A program made the position numbers and the translations under genes. A DNA stretch of 64,000 bases, from the NCBI GenBank assembly GCA_030645735.1, contig JAUSNP010000004.1:10739-74738 (forward strand), read 5' to 3'. Under the pieces are notes generated by a model that saw nothing but the letters and a program-made list of their open reading frames with translations, was not told where the DNA came from and ran no database searches. Each line of letters begins with the position of its first letter. Positions within the stretch are counted from its first letter, which is position 1. Source of the stretch: Candidatus Moraniibacteriota bacterium. GTDB taxonomy: Bacteria; Patescibacteriota; Minisyncoccia; Moranbacterales; UBA2206. This document shows positions 48,444 through 59,773 of the stretch, in pieces.

Positions 48444-48490
48444 CCTACTGCGTGACAGGCAGTCGCTCTAACCAACTGAGCTACAGCCCC
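48417..48490 (-). tRNA. tRNA-Asp(GTC)
   Basis: GGGGCTGTAGCTCAGTTGGTTAGAGCGACTGCCTGTCACGCAGTAGGTCACCGGTTCGAGTCCGGCCAGCCCCG; no encoded CCA. Confidence 0.95.
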
Positions 48491-48520
48491 ATTTGTCTAT
48501 TCTATTTTTAACTTTGCGTA

Positions 48521-48597
48521 ACCTACTGCGTGGCAGTCCCGAGTACTCGGGATCTGACCAACTGAGCTACAGCCCCATAATTTGTCTATTTTATTTT
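48521..48597 (-). pseudogene. Duplicated 5' half of tRNA-Asp disrupted by a palindrome
   Basis: Repeats acctactgcgtg...accaactgagctacagccccat..ttgtctatt with tcccgagtactcggga inserted; lacks T-arm and 3' acceptor strand. Confidence 0.75.
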
Positions 48598-48604
48598 CAA
48601 CCCG

Positions 48605-48678
48605 TAGCAGGGGTGAGATTCGAACTCACGACCTCAGCGTTATGAGTGCTGTGCTCTAACCAACTGAGCTACCCGGCC
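48605..48678 (-). tRNA. tRNA-Met(CAT), likely elongator (Ile2 not excluded)
   Basis: GGCCGGGTAGCTCAGTTGGTTAGAGCACAGCACTCATAACGCTGAGGTCGTGAGTTCGAATCTCACCCCTGCTA. Confidence 0.9.
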
Positions 48679-48700
48679 ATGCTTTTTATTCCAATTTATG

Positions 48701-48772
48701 TTGCGGGGGCAGGATTCGAACCTGCAACCTCATGGTTATGAGCCATACGAGCTGCCATTGCTCTACCCCGCT
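48701..48772 (-). tRNA. Initiator tRNA-fMet(CAT)
   Basis: AGCGGGGTAGAGCAATGGCAGCTCGTATGGCTCATAACCATGAGGTTGCAGGTTCGAATCCTGCCCCCGCAA; unpaired 1:72, A11:U24. Confidence 0.88.
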
Positions 48773-48819
48773 ATAAGTCCATTCTATGCAGTAAAATGGC
48801 ACTGCAAAAACTATTTGTT

Positions 48820-48848
48820 ATTATAATCAAACCAGCTAAGTTTGTCAA
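48820..48848 (-). promoter_or_regulatory. Consensus promoter of the tRNA cluster
   Basis: TTGACA (48848-43)-17 bp-TATAAT (48825-20). Confidence 0.8.
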
Positions 48849-49378
48849 TCAAATATTTGATATACACGCAAAAATTCCTCAAAATGATTCAGAGCATGTT
48901 CAGCGTCCTCCTTGCTCAATTCCAAACTGTCATCATGTATAATCCTGTTTCGCAGTTCATGCGCCTCTTTCATCCCCTCCACATTTTCAATTTGACCATC
49001 TGGGATGCCATCCAATCGCTCAGCAAAATTGTCACCTTTATATCCCATCCTAGTTATCAAATCATCAATAAAAGTGTCTGCTTCAATGATTGCAATCTTA
49101 TAATCTGATTCATTGCCAACCTCTATTTTTTGTCGAATCTGTTGCCAAGTCTTTCTGGTTTTTTTCTTGTTAGTTGTTAGTTCACGCGGGATATTCATTC
49201 CAGTCACTGTCTCTCTCAGGTTGCCACTCAAACCTCTTTGCACCAAAAGCAAGATAATATCCACAAAAAGTATGATTGTATAAACACCCGCCAAAAATTT
49301 TATCACTGACAAAGCGCCTGAGTGATAAAGCTTAATTGCGTCAGCATATATAGTTGTCGCCAGCATTTCTACATCCAT
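48845..49378 (-). CDS. Conserved hypothetical single-TM protein (AIIEAD...G..G..AHELRNRIIHD)
   Basis: 177 aa, HEPN-like RN..xH motif. Confidence 0.75.
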   Translation of the reverse strand: MDVEMLATTIYADAIKLYHSGALSVIKFLAGVYTIILFVDIILLLVQRGLSGNLRETVTGMNIPRELTTNKKKTRKTWQQIRQKIEVGNESDYKIAIIEADTFIDDLITRMGYKGDNFAERLDGIPDGQIENVEGMKEAHELRNRIIHDDSLELSKEDAEHALNHFEEFLRVYQIFD

Positions 49379-49420
49379 TCTTTTTTTATTTACCCTATTA
49401 GATTCCTCTATGGGGGCAGA

Positions 49421-50878
49421 TTATTTAGTTGCGATTTCGTATGCATGCGCCGCACGCAAGAGATTTTCTTCATCAAACCATTTGCCCATCAGCTGAAAGC
49501 CTTGCGGTAATTGTTTGCCGTCTACCTCCACTGTCGGCCCAGGCACACTGATTGCTGGCACACCTACAATGTTAGCTGTAATAGTAAAGATATCTTCCAG
49601 ATACATTTGAATTGGATCAGCCGTTTTTTCTCCAAATTTGAAAGCAGGACTTGGGGTGGTCGGCGTCAAAATCAAATCCACCGCCTCAAAGGCTTTTTCA
49701 AAATCTTGCTTAATCAAGGTTCGCACTTTTTGGGCTCGTAAATAATATGCGTCATAATATCCTGAGGACAAAGCATAGGTTCCCAACATTATACGTCTTT
49801 TTGGTTCAGCACCAATTCCATATCGTCTTGAGTCTAGGTATGTTTCAATGAGATTCCGATCTTCTGGCAAAAAGTCAAGCTGAGTATCTTCATGGTCTTC
49901 CGCGCGCATACCAAATTTCACCCCATCAAAGCGCGCCAGATTTGAACTCACTTCACATGGCATAATAATATAATAAACTGGCAAAGAATATTTCGCATTT
50001 GGCAATTCAATTTCTTTAATCTCGGCGCCCAGTTCGCGATATTTTTCCACCACTTTTTCAAAAGAAATTTTCACTTCGCCCGTCAATTTTTCTAAATAAT
50101 CTTTGACGACTCCAATCTTGAGTCCGGAAACTTCTCCAGTCAGATATTTAGTATAATCCTTAGCTGGGCTTTGTGCGCTAGTTGCATCCATTTTGTCTTC
50201 ACCAGAAATCACGCTCAAAATTATTGCCGCATCTTCCACGGTTTTAGTGATTGGTCCGATTTGATCCAAACTTGAAGCCATAGCAATGGCGCCATAACGA
50301 GAAACCCGACCATAAGTGGGCTTGAGTCCCACCACGCCACAAAATGACGCTGGTTGGCGAATTGAGCCCCCAGTGTCAGTTCCCAACGCCCAAACAGCCT
50401 CGCCTGAAGCCACTGATGCCGCTGAACCGCCTGAAGAACCTCCTGGCACTCGCTCCAAATCTACTGGATTTTTAGTTGAACCATAAGCGCTCTTCTCGGT
50501 GGAAGAACCCATCGCAAATTCATCCATATTCGTTTTGCCCAAAAACACTGCTCCAGCCTCCTCGAGCTTTATAACCACTGTTGCGTCAAAGGGCGCAATG
50601 TAATTATCCAAAATTTTTGAAGCTGCCGTCGTCCGCACACCTGTCACACACAAATTGTCCTTAATCGCTCCAGGGATACCTTCTATCATTCCAATTTCAA
50701 CTCCTGCCGCAATTTTTTCATCCACTTTTCTGGCCTGCTTCAAAGCCAGTTCTTTGGTCAAAGTTAGATAGGCATTTAGATTTTTATCCTGCTCCTTAAT
50801 GCGCGCAAAATATTCTTCAGTCAATTGAACTGAAGTAATCTCTTTTGAAATTAATTTATTGTGAAGCTCTTTAATCAT
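49421..50878 (-). CDS. gatA: Asp/Glu-tRNA amidotransferase subunit A
   Basis: GKTNMDEFAMGSS, GGSSGGS, GTDTGGSIRQPA, RRIMLGTY; start at MIKEL. Confidence 0.97.
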   Translation of the reverse strand: MIKELHNKLISKEITSVQLTEEYFARIKEQDKNLNAYLTLTKELALKQARKVDEKIAAGVEIGMIEGIPGAIKDNLCVTGVRTTAASKILDNYIAPFDATVVIKLEEAGAVFLGKTNMDEFAMGSSTEKSAYGSTKNPVDLERVPGGSSGGSAASVASGEAVWALGTDTGGSIRQPASFCGVVGLKPTYGRVSRYGAIAMASSLDQIGPITKTVEDAAIILSVISGEDKMDATSAQSPAKDYTKYLTGEVSGLKIGVVKDYLEKLTGEVKISFEKVVEKYRELGAEIKEIELPNAKYSLPVYYIIMPCEVSSNLARFDGVKFGMRAEDHEDTQLDFLPEDRNLIETYLDSRRYGIGAEPKRRIMLGTYALSSGYYDAYYLRAQKVRTLIKQDFEKAFEAVDLILTPTTPSPAFKFGEKTADPIQMYLEDIFTITANIVGVPAISVPGPTVEVDGKQLPQGFQLMGKWFDEENLLRAAHAYEIATK

Positions 50879-50952
50879 GAAGCATGAAACATGAAGCATG
50901 AAACAATTTTATTTTTTGTTACATGTTTTATGTTGTATGTTATATGTTTTAT
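50876..50952. repeat. Inverted heptamer repeats (catgaar)x4 / (ttntatg)x4
   Basis: Between gatC and gatA. Confidence 0.75.
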
Positions 50953-51230
50953 AATATAGACTTAACTTTCCCAAAATTATCTTTCTTATCTGGAAACAAA
51001 TTTATTATTTCAGCCTTATTCTCAAACTCGCTCATCTTATCTTCCCGCAGCCGATTCTGCATCCCAGTAATATGCGCCGTCGGTTCTACGCCAGAAACAT
51101 CAACCTCTTTCAACTCTTCAATCCAATCCAAAACAGCTGACAAGTCAGTTGCAAATTTTTCCAAATCTTTTTCGTCAACGCCAATGCGGGCTAGACCAGC
51201 AATGTGTTGAACTTCTTCCTTACTTAACAT
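50949..51230 (-). CDS. gatC: Asp/Glu-tRNA amidotransferase subunit C
   Basis: EEVQHIAGLARI...VDVSGVEPT...LRED. Confidence 0.93.
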   Translation of the reverse strand: MLSKEEVQHIAGLARIGVDEKDLEKFATDLSAVLDWIEELKEVDVSGVEPTAHITGMQNRLREDKMSEFENKAEIINLFPDKKDNFGKVKSIL

Positions 51231-51362
51231 AAATTACAAATTCAAAATTACAAGCTCCAAATAAATTCAAAATTACAATTTTCAAAATTCAAAATAGTTT
51301 TGGATTTTAGATTTTGGTTATTGTAGTTTATTTGGAATTTGAGATTTTGGATTTTAGATTTA
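51231..51362. repeat. Heptamer-repeat palindromic element (copy B)
   Basis: Near-identical to 35136-35267. Confidence 0.85.
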
Positions 51363-51368
51363 AAATTA

Positions 51369-53546
<2,178 letters not shown>

Positions 53547-53663
53547 CTAATTATAGCATACCCAGCAAAATAAAAAGTAGAGTCTCGTAACTCCGCTTTT
53601 TGAAGATATTTTATCAAAACTTACTTAGCTTACTTGGGACGGTTCTAGGTAATATATCGAAAA

Positions 53664-53690
53664 AGCTCCGAAGATTAAATCTTCGGAGCT
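53664..53690 (-). terminator. Hairpin/terminator closing the pilus operon
   Basis: agctccgaagat-taa-atcttcggagct followed by a U-run on minus. Confidence 0.7.
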
Positions 53691-53694
53691 AAAA

Positions 53695-54780
53695 TTAGTC
53701 CTTGATGCATCTTACTGAAGTTCCATAGCCTCGTCCAGAAGAATCACGAAAAATTTTAACCCTATTTGAACTCAAGCTACGAAACCAAGTACTGCTCGCT
53801 AAGCGCGGAGATGATGTCCAAAAATATACTTCAACTCCACGCTCCCAAAAATTACCATTTTGAAGACGGCTTCCAGATAAAAGCGCGGTGAAACCACTTG
53901 AATTATTTCCATTTAATGTTTCCGTAGAAAGCTTACTGCCTTCATTCACACCGCGCCAAGCAGAAATTTTATCCGCCTCAAGTTGAGTCATCCCAAGTTC
54001 CATTTCCAATGTTTTATATTCACCGTCTGTTGGCAAGTGCCAACTATCAGGACAAACACCCTGTGCACCCTCCACAGTTGATCCATTCATAGCTGCACTC
54101 CATTGATACAAAAAGCCAAGTTTATTATTTTTTATATTGGTTAGTGTTTCTTCGGCTGTTCCCGCCAAATTAGATGGGTACGCATAATATCCATTATCAC
54201 TACCATCCCAGGTGGGGGCTGTTGGGCCACGAACAATCGAAGTCCCATTAGGATACTTAGTAGTCTGAAGACTTTCTTTCATCCAGCATTGTGAGCCAAT
54301 TTGTACAGTTCCATATTCATTACCCTCTACATCAATTAGTTTACCACCACAACCAGGGGCAACCGCTGTCTCAATTGATCGTTGCATATCACTGCCTGTA
54401 CCGACTGATTTTATGGCGACAATCTTATCTAAGGTGTCTGTGCAAACTGCGACAATTTCATTGCCAGGATTGGCTGGATCGTCTTTTTTAAGTTCAACCA
54501 CAAATCCTGCTCCGGTAACTTTTCCGCCACTGCAAGGCAACCCCAAATCATTGCCAGTCTTTGTGCTGACAGTTCGATTTGTCAGAATGGCATCCATCAA
54601 TTTTTCAATACCCGTATCCGCGGTTTGATAGGCTTGGTTGGATTTATTAGATCCAAGTGAAGCCTTCCTTTCCTTGAGAGATACAATGGCGATACTTAGA
54701 GATGAGGTTAATACAATTCCCAAAATCATCATAGTGACAATCAGAATTGAAGCTTTAAAATTTTTTATTTTTTTAGTCAT
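53695..54780 (-). CDS. PilX-like minor pilin fused to FISUMP (Fib_succ_major) domain
   Basis: AYQTADTGIE PilX N-terminus; D.EGN.YGTVQIGSQCWM, G.LYQW.AA, CP..WHLPT, FWTSS, SVRCIKD. Confidence 0.85.
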   Translation of the reverse strand: MTKKIKNFKASILIVTMMILGIVLTSSLSIAIVSLKERKASLGSNKSNQAYQTADTGIEKLMDAILTNRTVSTKTGNDLGLPCSGGKVTGAGFVVELKKDDPANPGNEIVAVCTDTLDKIVAIKSVGTGSDMQRSIETAVAPGCGGKLIDVEGNEYGTVQIGSQCWMKESLQTTKYPNGTSIVRGPTAPTWDGSDNGYYAYPSNLAGTAEETLTNIKNNKLGFLYQWSAAMNGSTVEGAQGVCPDSWHLPTDGEYKTLEMELGMTQLEADKISAWRGVNEGSKLSTETLNGNNSSGFTALLSGSRLQNGNFWERGVEVYFWTSSPRLASSTWFRSLSSNRVKIFRDSSGRGYGTSVRCIKD

Positions 54781-54795
54781 ATTTTTCTATTAATT

Positions 54796-55374
54796 TTATG
54801 GAGCTACCTCTTGATAGTCCCTCAATGAAACAGCTGACTGAATCGCCACTTCATCTCCAGCTTCTCCCGTGCACACATTATTATAGCAAATATGCAAAGA
54901 AATTGTGACTCTGGCAACTGGCACGCTAGCAGATTTAACCACGAAAAAATTTGCACTATTAAGCGATCCGCTTATCATGTCAGAATAACTACTGCTAAAG
55001 TTGCAGATTGGAGTCACTTCGGGCGTTCCAGAATTTGTCCATGTTCCTGCCCTAGATTGTAATTTAGGACTGCTAAAATTATATTCTAAACAGCTATTTC
55101 GAGAATAATCAAAAAATTGCAGATTTTGAACTGGGGTTCTGTCAATTGGATTCAAAACCGTGCTAGTTCGCAAAGTTTTTGACATTTGTTCTATAGCAAA
55201 TCTAGCATTCTCCGTGTCCTGTTGCAACATTCTGGCTTTTTTACGCACACTCACCACACTCACAAAAGTCGACACCATCGTGGTCATCAACAAAGAAAAA
55301 ACAAAAATCGCCACAATCATTTCCATCAATGAAAATCCTTTATATTTTGATTTTAGATTTGTCCCAGATTTCAT
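54796..55374 (-). CDS. Minor pilin (PilW/GspJ-like)
   Basis: KG|FSLMEMIVA class III signal. Confidence 0.85.
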   Translation of the reverse strand: MKSGTNLKSKYKGFSLMEMIVAIFVFSLLMTTMVSTFVSVVSVRKKARMLQQDTENARFAIEQMSKTLRTSTVLNPIDRTPVQNLQFFDYSRNSCLEYNFSSPKLQSRAGTWTNSGTPEVTPICNFSSSYSDMISGSLNSANFFVVKSASVPVARVTISLHICYNNVCTGEAGDEVAIQSAVSLRDYQEVAP

Positions 55375-55411
55375 TATAAATTAGAAATTATAAATTAGAA
55401 ATTGCGCACAC

Positions 55412-55999
55412 CTACTCGCCCCAACTACTGAGCGTTGTTTCAGTATAGACACATTTATTTTTTGTATTACAATCAGCGTTGCTAGCCGGGAAAGATCCAT
55501 TCCAAGCTACCATGCTGATGACTGTTCGGTCTGTAGCTCCTGAAATAATCAACTTTCGATAAAATTTTGTTGCTGTTGAATTAACTGAAGAGTGCCCATA
55601 AAATCCAGTTGAATCAATATATAGCCGTTTAGCTGGAACACCTGCGGTGCAATCAATCGACGCAGGATAGGCATATGATTTATCTATGCGACAATCACCG
55701 CCTAACACAAAATGCGCAAATGATTTTCCAGCATCAGCCGTCGCCCAATTGTTATCCCGCACATTTCGCACCAATTCAATACCTTCCTGAGCCAATCCGC
55801 TAGCAATCGACTGATCGCGTGAATCTAATGATTCTGTCAGGCCCTTACTCAACAATTGCAAAGAAGCCAACAGTCCAATTGAAACTAAAAATACGGAAAA
55901 CAAAACCTCTACTAAAGAAAAGCCCTGCCTATTCGACTGTCCAGCAGATAAACGACTTTGTTTTTTAATCATACTATTGTCTGCTAATGTTTTTTGCAT
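55412..55999 (-). CDS. Minor pilin (PilV-like)
   Basis: QG|FSLVEV; A..LAQEGIE.VRNVRD. Confidence 0.85.
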   Translation of the reverse strand: MQKTLADNSMIKKQSRLSAGQSNRQGFSLVEVLFSVFLVSIGLLASLQLLSKGLTESLDSRDQSIASGLAQEGIELVRNVRDNNWATADAGKSFAHFVLGGDCRIDKSYAYPASIDCTAGVPAKRLYIDSTGFYGHSSVNSTATKFYRKLIISGATDRTVISMVAWNGSFPASNADCNTKNKCVYTETTLSSWGE

Positions 56000-56000
56000 A

Positions 56001-56546
56001 CTAATTTTCTACTATATTTCCAGTTGAGCTTATGGTGACTGATTTAGTAGCGCCTGTGCCAGCTGGATATTGGAGCACAATTAATTGATCGCCAACTAGT
56101 GTTAAACCATCCTTACCCAAAACATTTCCAAACGGAATTGCAAAATAAATTTCCGTGTCCGCAGAGACGGCAGGACTACTTAAAACCACATTGTTTCCGA
56201 GTTGCAAATTTTCCATCTGATTAAAAGAAGTAAAGTTGGTGTCGCTACAATCTTTGCCTGAATTTGGCAATTTATAAAAAATTTCATACTTGCTTGTATC
56301 AGTAAATCTGAAACCATAACCGCATGGTGTTTGTCCGCCCTGCATTCTTCCTTGCAAAGCATAGCTCTGCGCTAGTCTAATTGTCGTGGCTACTTCTCGT
56401 TGCGCAGTTACTAATCGCGTCGTGCTTTTTGACGATTGTAAAGACGCAAAACCCACTCCACCCATAATCCCCATTATTGCAATCGTGATGATAAGCTCGA
56501 GAAATGAAAAGCCATTATATTTTTTTACAATTTCCATTGAATTCAA
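56001..56546 (-). CDS. Minor pilin (FimT/GspH-like)
   Basis: NG|FSFLELII; IRLAQSYA. Confidence 0.85.
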   Translation of the reverse strand: MNSMEIVKKYNGFSFLELIITIAIMGIMGGVGFASLQSSKSTTRLVTAQREVATTIRLAQSYALQGRMQGGQTPCGYGFRFTDTSKYEIFYKLPNSGKDCSDTNFTSFNQMENLQLGNNVVLSSPAVSADTEIYFAIPFGNVLGKDGLTLVGDQLIVLQYPAGTGATKSVTISSTGNIVEN

Positions 56547-56566
56547 TTCGTTAATGCGTTAATGTC

Positions 56567-57391
56567 CTAAAAGAATAATCCGAAATACCAATCCACGATT
56601 GGCTGATACCAAAACATTGCAATTAGCGACCCCAAAACCAAAAATGGCGCAAACGGGATTTGACTGCTCATCTTTTTCTGTTTCAATGCAATTAAAATGA
56701 TGCCAAAAATTGCTCCCAATGAGAAGGCCAGCATCAGCGCCAAAAGAATATTTGGCCAACCCAGAATGAGCCCCAGCAAAATCACCAAATAGGCATCGCC
56801 CATGCCCATCCATTTCTCTTTGGAAATTGCCACCATGGCAAAGAAAAAGGCAAAAGCCACCACCGCGCCCAATGTCCCAGAATAAACCAAACTATCCAAA
56901 ACACCTATTCCCCCTTGACCTCCTACACTTCCTGTTAGTCCCGTCGTCGCCCAATCAAAAAACAAATTGAATACAATCGCGAAACCAATTGCCGGCCACA
57001 ACGCCAAGCCTGGAATTTCCATATACAGGAAGTCATAAACAAAAATCACCATCAAGAAACTCACGATACCAAGATAATAAACTGTGCTAGCCCAAGTTGA
57101 AACATCAATTACATCAAAAAATTTGTAGCCGATTACCGCAAATAGGAGTCCAGTGAATATTTCTACCAATGGATATTGCCAAGAAATTTTTGTTTTGCAA
57201 TTTCTACATCTAAATTTCAATAAAATGAAACTGATGACTGGAATGTTATCGTACCACGCGATAGTTGCTTTGCAATGCGTACAATGCGAGCGCCCTGTCA
57301 CAAATGATTCCGCCAAATTCAAACGATAGACTACCACATTCAAAAAACTACCCACAATCAATCCCAGCACGAAGAAAATTAATATCATCAT
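56567..57391 (-). CDS. pilD: Prepilin peptidase A24
   Basis: GSFLNVV.YR, RSHC..C..WYDNIP..S....CR.C, MGMGD, IPFAPFL. Confidence 0.95.
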   Translation of the reverse strand: MMILIFFVLGLIVGSFLNVVVYRLNLAESFVTGRSHCTHCKATIAWYDNIPVISFILLKFRCRNCKTKISWQYPLVEIFTGLLFAVIGYKFFDVIDVSTWASTVYYLGIVSFLMVIFVYDFLYMEIPGLALWPAIGFAIVFNLFFDWATTGLTGSVGGQGGIGVLDSLVYSGTLGAVVAFAFFFAMVAISKEKWMGMGDAYLVILLGLILGWPNILLALMLAFSLGAIFGIILIALKQKKMSSQIPFAPFLVLGSLIAMFWYQPIVDWYFGLFF

Positions 57392-57412
57392 ATTTTTTGA
57401 ATTATTGTTTAA

Positions 57413-57832
57413 TTATTCGCAAATTTGTCCTGTACAACTACATGCTATAAAGGTGTTGCCTAATTTAGTCATATCAGATCCTATATTAACCTTAAAGCTA
57501 CAATTGACTGAATCATAGCCGATTCCAGCATCATAAGTATAGCCATAAGAAAGCGCTGGCCACTTAGCACCCGCAAGCCCAACGGCTGTATTACAAATAT
57601 TTACATCTGCTGAGGGAGAACTAACCGAACCACCACCATCTTTACAGGCAATTATAGCCGGCAAAACAGTTTTTATCGAGGTCTTAACCCCATTTATTCT
57701 AGCATTTTTACGCGCCTGATTCACACTGACCAAAACAGCTATCGCCAAAATAGCAATGATGGCAACAACTACTAATAATTCTATTAATGTAAAACCCTGC
57801 CTGCGATCAGACATGGCTCTTTTATTTTGCAT
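57413..57832 (-). CDS. Type IV pilin paralog
   Basis: [15 protein letters not shown]; Cys pattern similar to the adjacent pilin. Confidence 0.88.
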   Translation of the reverse strand: MQNKRAMSDRRQGFTLIELLVVVAIIAILAIAVLVSVNQARKNARINGVKTSIKTVLPAIIACKDGGGSVSSPSADVNICNTAVGLAGAKWPALSYGYTYDAGIGYDSVNCSFKVNIGSDMTKLGNTFIACSCTGQICE

Positions 57833-57970
57833 AAAAATATTGAATCCATAAAATATTATAACCCCGTACAAACTCTAATTTTAACTACGCGATAAACGAA
57901 ATTGATAATTAAAGCTGGTGCGGGGCTTGCCAATTTCGCCTAGGCGGACAAATTGGCAAGCAAAAACTAA

Positions 57971-58354
57971 CTAGGGTTTACTACAGCCTACTTGAGTACA
58001 AGTGATTACGACAGTTGAAGCGTCTGTGGCAGTATAACTGAATGTTCCAGCAGCAGGATCTGATGTTGCAGCTCCTCCCCATGCTCCGCCGTTTCCAGCA
58101 ATAGCCGGCCATACAGAAGTTGAACCTGCGCACATAGCAACGCCCGCAGTTGGACCTGCAAGAGCCAAGCCATCATCCATACACATAACTCCACCAGCTA
58201 CAGTGCTACTAACTGAAGCATAGATAGCTGCGTCCTTAGCCTTTATTCTTGCAGAATTCAAACTAACCAAAACGATTGACGCTAAAATACCAATGATGGC
58301 AATTACGATCAAAAGTTCAATCAAGGTGAAACCTCGCATTATTTTATTTTTCAT
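57971..58354 (-). CDS. pilA: Probable major type IV pilin
   Basis: [32 protein letters not shown]; followed by a strong hairpin at 57925-57961. Confidence 0.8.
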   Translation of the reverse strand: MKNKIMRGFTLIELLIVIAIIGILASIVLVSLNSARIKAKDAAIYASVSSTVAGGVMCMDDGLALAGPTAGVAMCAGSTSVWPAIAGNGGAWGGAATSDPAAGTFSYTATDASTVVITCTQVGCSKP

Positions 58355-58487
58355 ATATTCACCCGCCTTTCTAGCTAATCCCGAGTACTCGGGATTCTAT
58401 TAATTCTTATCTCTATCTTAAAATCATGTTTTCAAAAAATATTCCGTGAAATCAAGTGTGCTCAGGTACTAATCAGTGGTTCGGAAA

Positions 58488-59702
58488 CTACATCTGACCT
58501 GCAATATTGTAAATTGGCATAATCACAGAAAAGGACAGGAATGCCACGGCCACGCCAATCGCCACCATCAACAATGGTTCAATCAAAGTTGAAAGGTTTT
58601 TAGCCATATTATCAGCTTCTTGTTCATAGAATCTGGCCACATGCGCCAAAACGGAATCGATTTGTCCAGACTCTTCACCAATTCGCACCATCTGTGAAAC
58701 AATGGCTGGAATTTGCGGAGATCGGCGCAAAACATCACTCATTGAGCCACCAATGCGAACTTCGTCAGCCGCTTTCAAAAAAATAGATTCATATACAACA
58801 TTATCAATCACTGAACTTACGATATTCAAAGATTGAATAATTGGAATTCCGCCAGACAACAGCACAGCTAGATTGTCGGCAAACCTCGCCACATATAAAT
58901 TTTGATAAATTTTGCCAAAGATAGGCAATTTAATTTTTATTTGATCCCATTCTCTTGAACCATCTTCACTCTTGATATAATATACAACTCCGCCAACAAA
59001 TAAAATAATTGCGACTGCGATTGCCCACCAATAACTAGCCATGAAATCACTAATCACAATAATCACTTGTGTATACCAAGGCACGACGATATCCGGACCC
59101 ATATCTTTAATCATTACTGTCAATTTTGGAACTACAAAAGAAACTACTAAAAAAGCAATTACGAAAAAAACTACCAACACAATAATTGGATACATCATTG
59201 CCGACTTAATTTTAGTCGATAGTTTATAATTTTTTTCAATATTATCCGCCACATACTCTATCGACCTTTTCAGATTGCCTGAAACCTCCCCAGCCTTGAT
59301 GATATTGATGGCTAGACTTGAAAAGATGTCTCTATGTTTTTTCAACGCATCAGAAAAGGGCAATCCGTCTTGCACATCACCGACCATTTCAGCAATTATT
59401 TTTTGAAAATATTTATTCTCAATTTGTTCCTTAATTGCATTCAGGGAAGATACTATCGGAACCTTTGCTTCTATAAGAATTGCTAGCTGTCTGAAAAAAA
59501 CCATCAATTCACGCGTATCAACTCTATCAAGATACTTCAGAAATATCTTTTCAATTGAGTCATTATTCCCCTCCTCCTTAATCGCCAACGGAAACAGATC
59601 ATTTTTTTGAAGCAACTCAATCGCGACTTCGCTACTGGCGGCCTCAATAACTCCTTCTTTCAACTCGCCACCTTTATTTTTAGCCTTGAATAGAAATTTC
59701 AT
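58488..59702 (-). CDS. pilC: T4P platform protein PilC/GspF
   Basis: FRQLA.L, AGEVSG.L, MYP, GEESG, IEP. Confidence 0.93.
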   Translation of the reverse strand: MKFLFKAKNKGGELKEGVIEAASSEVAIELLQKNDLFPLAIKEEGNNDSIEKIFLKYLDRVDTRELMVFFRQLAILIEAKVPIVSSLNAIKEQIENKYFQKIIAEMVGDVQDGLPFSDALKKHRDIFSSLAINIIKAGEVSGNLKRSIEYVADNIEKNYKLSTKIKSAMMYPIIVLVVFFVIAFLVVSFVVPKLTVMIKDMGPDIVVPWYTQVIIVISDFMASYWWAIAVAIILFVGGVVYYIKSEDGSREWDQIKIKLPIFGKIYQNLYVARFADNLAVLLSGGIPIIQSLNIVSSVIDNVVYESIFLKAADEVRIGGSMSDVLRRSPQIPAIVSQMVRIGEESGQIDSVLAHVARFYEQEADNMAKNLSTLIEPLLMVAIGVAVAFLSFSVIMPIYNIAGQM

Positions 59703-59773
59703 TTTTTTATTTTATTTACCCACTGATTCTATATTTATTATACACCAGAAAATCAAAAAAATACACGGCTAAC

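Noticed and set aside
50879..50899. gatA N-terminal extension MLHVSCF
   Set aside because: Translation of the catgaag/catgaaa heptamer repeat; real start more likely at 50878.
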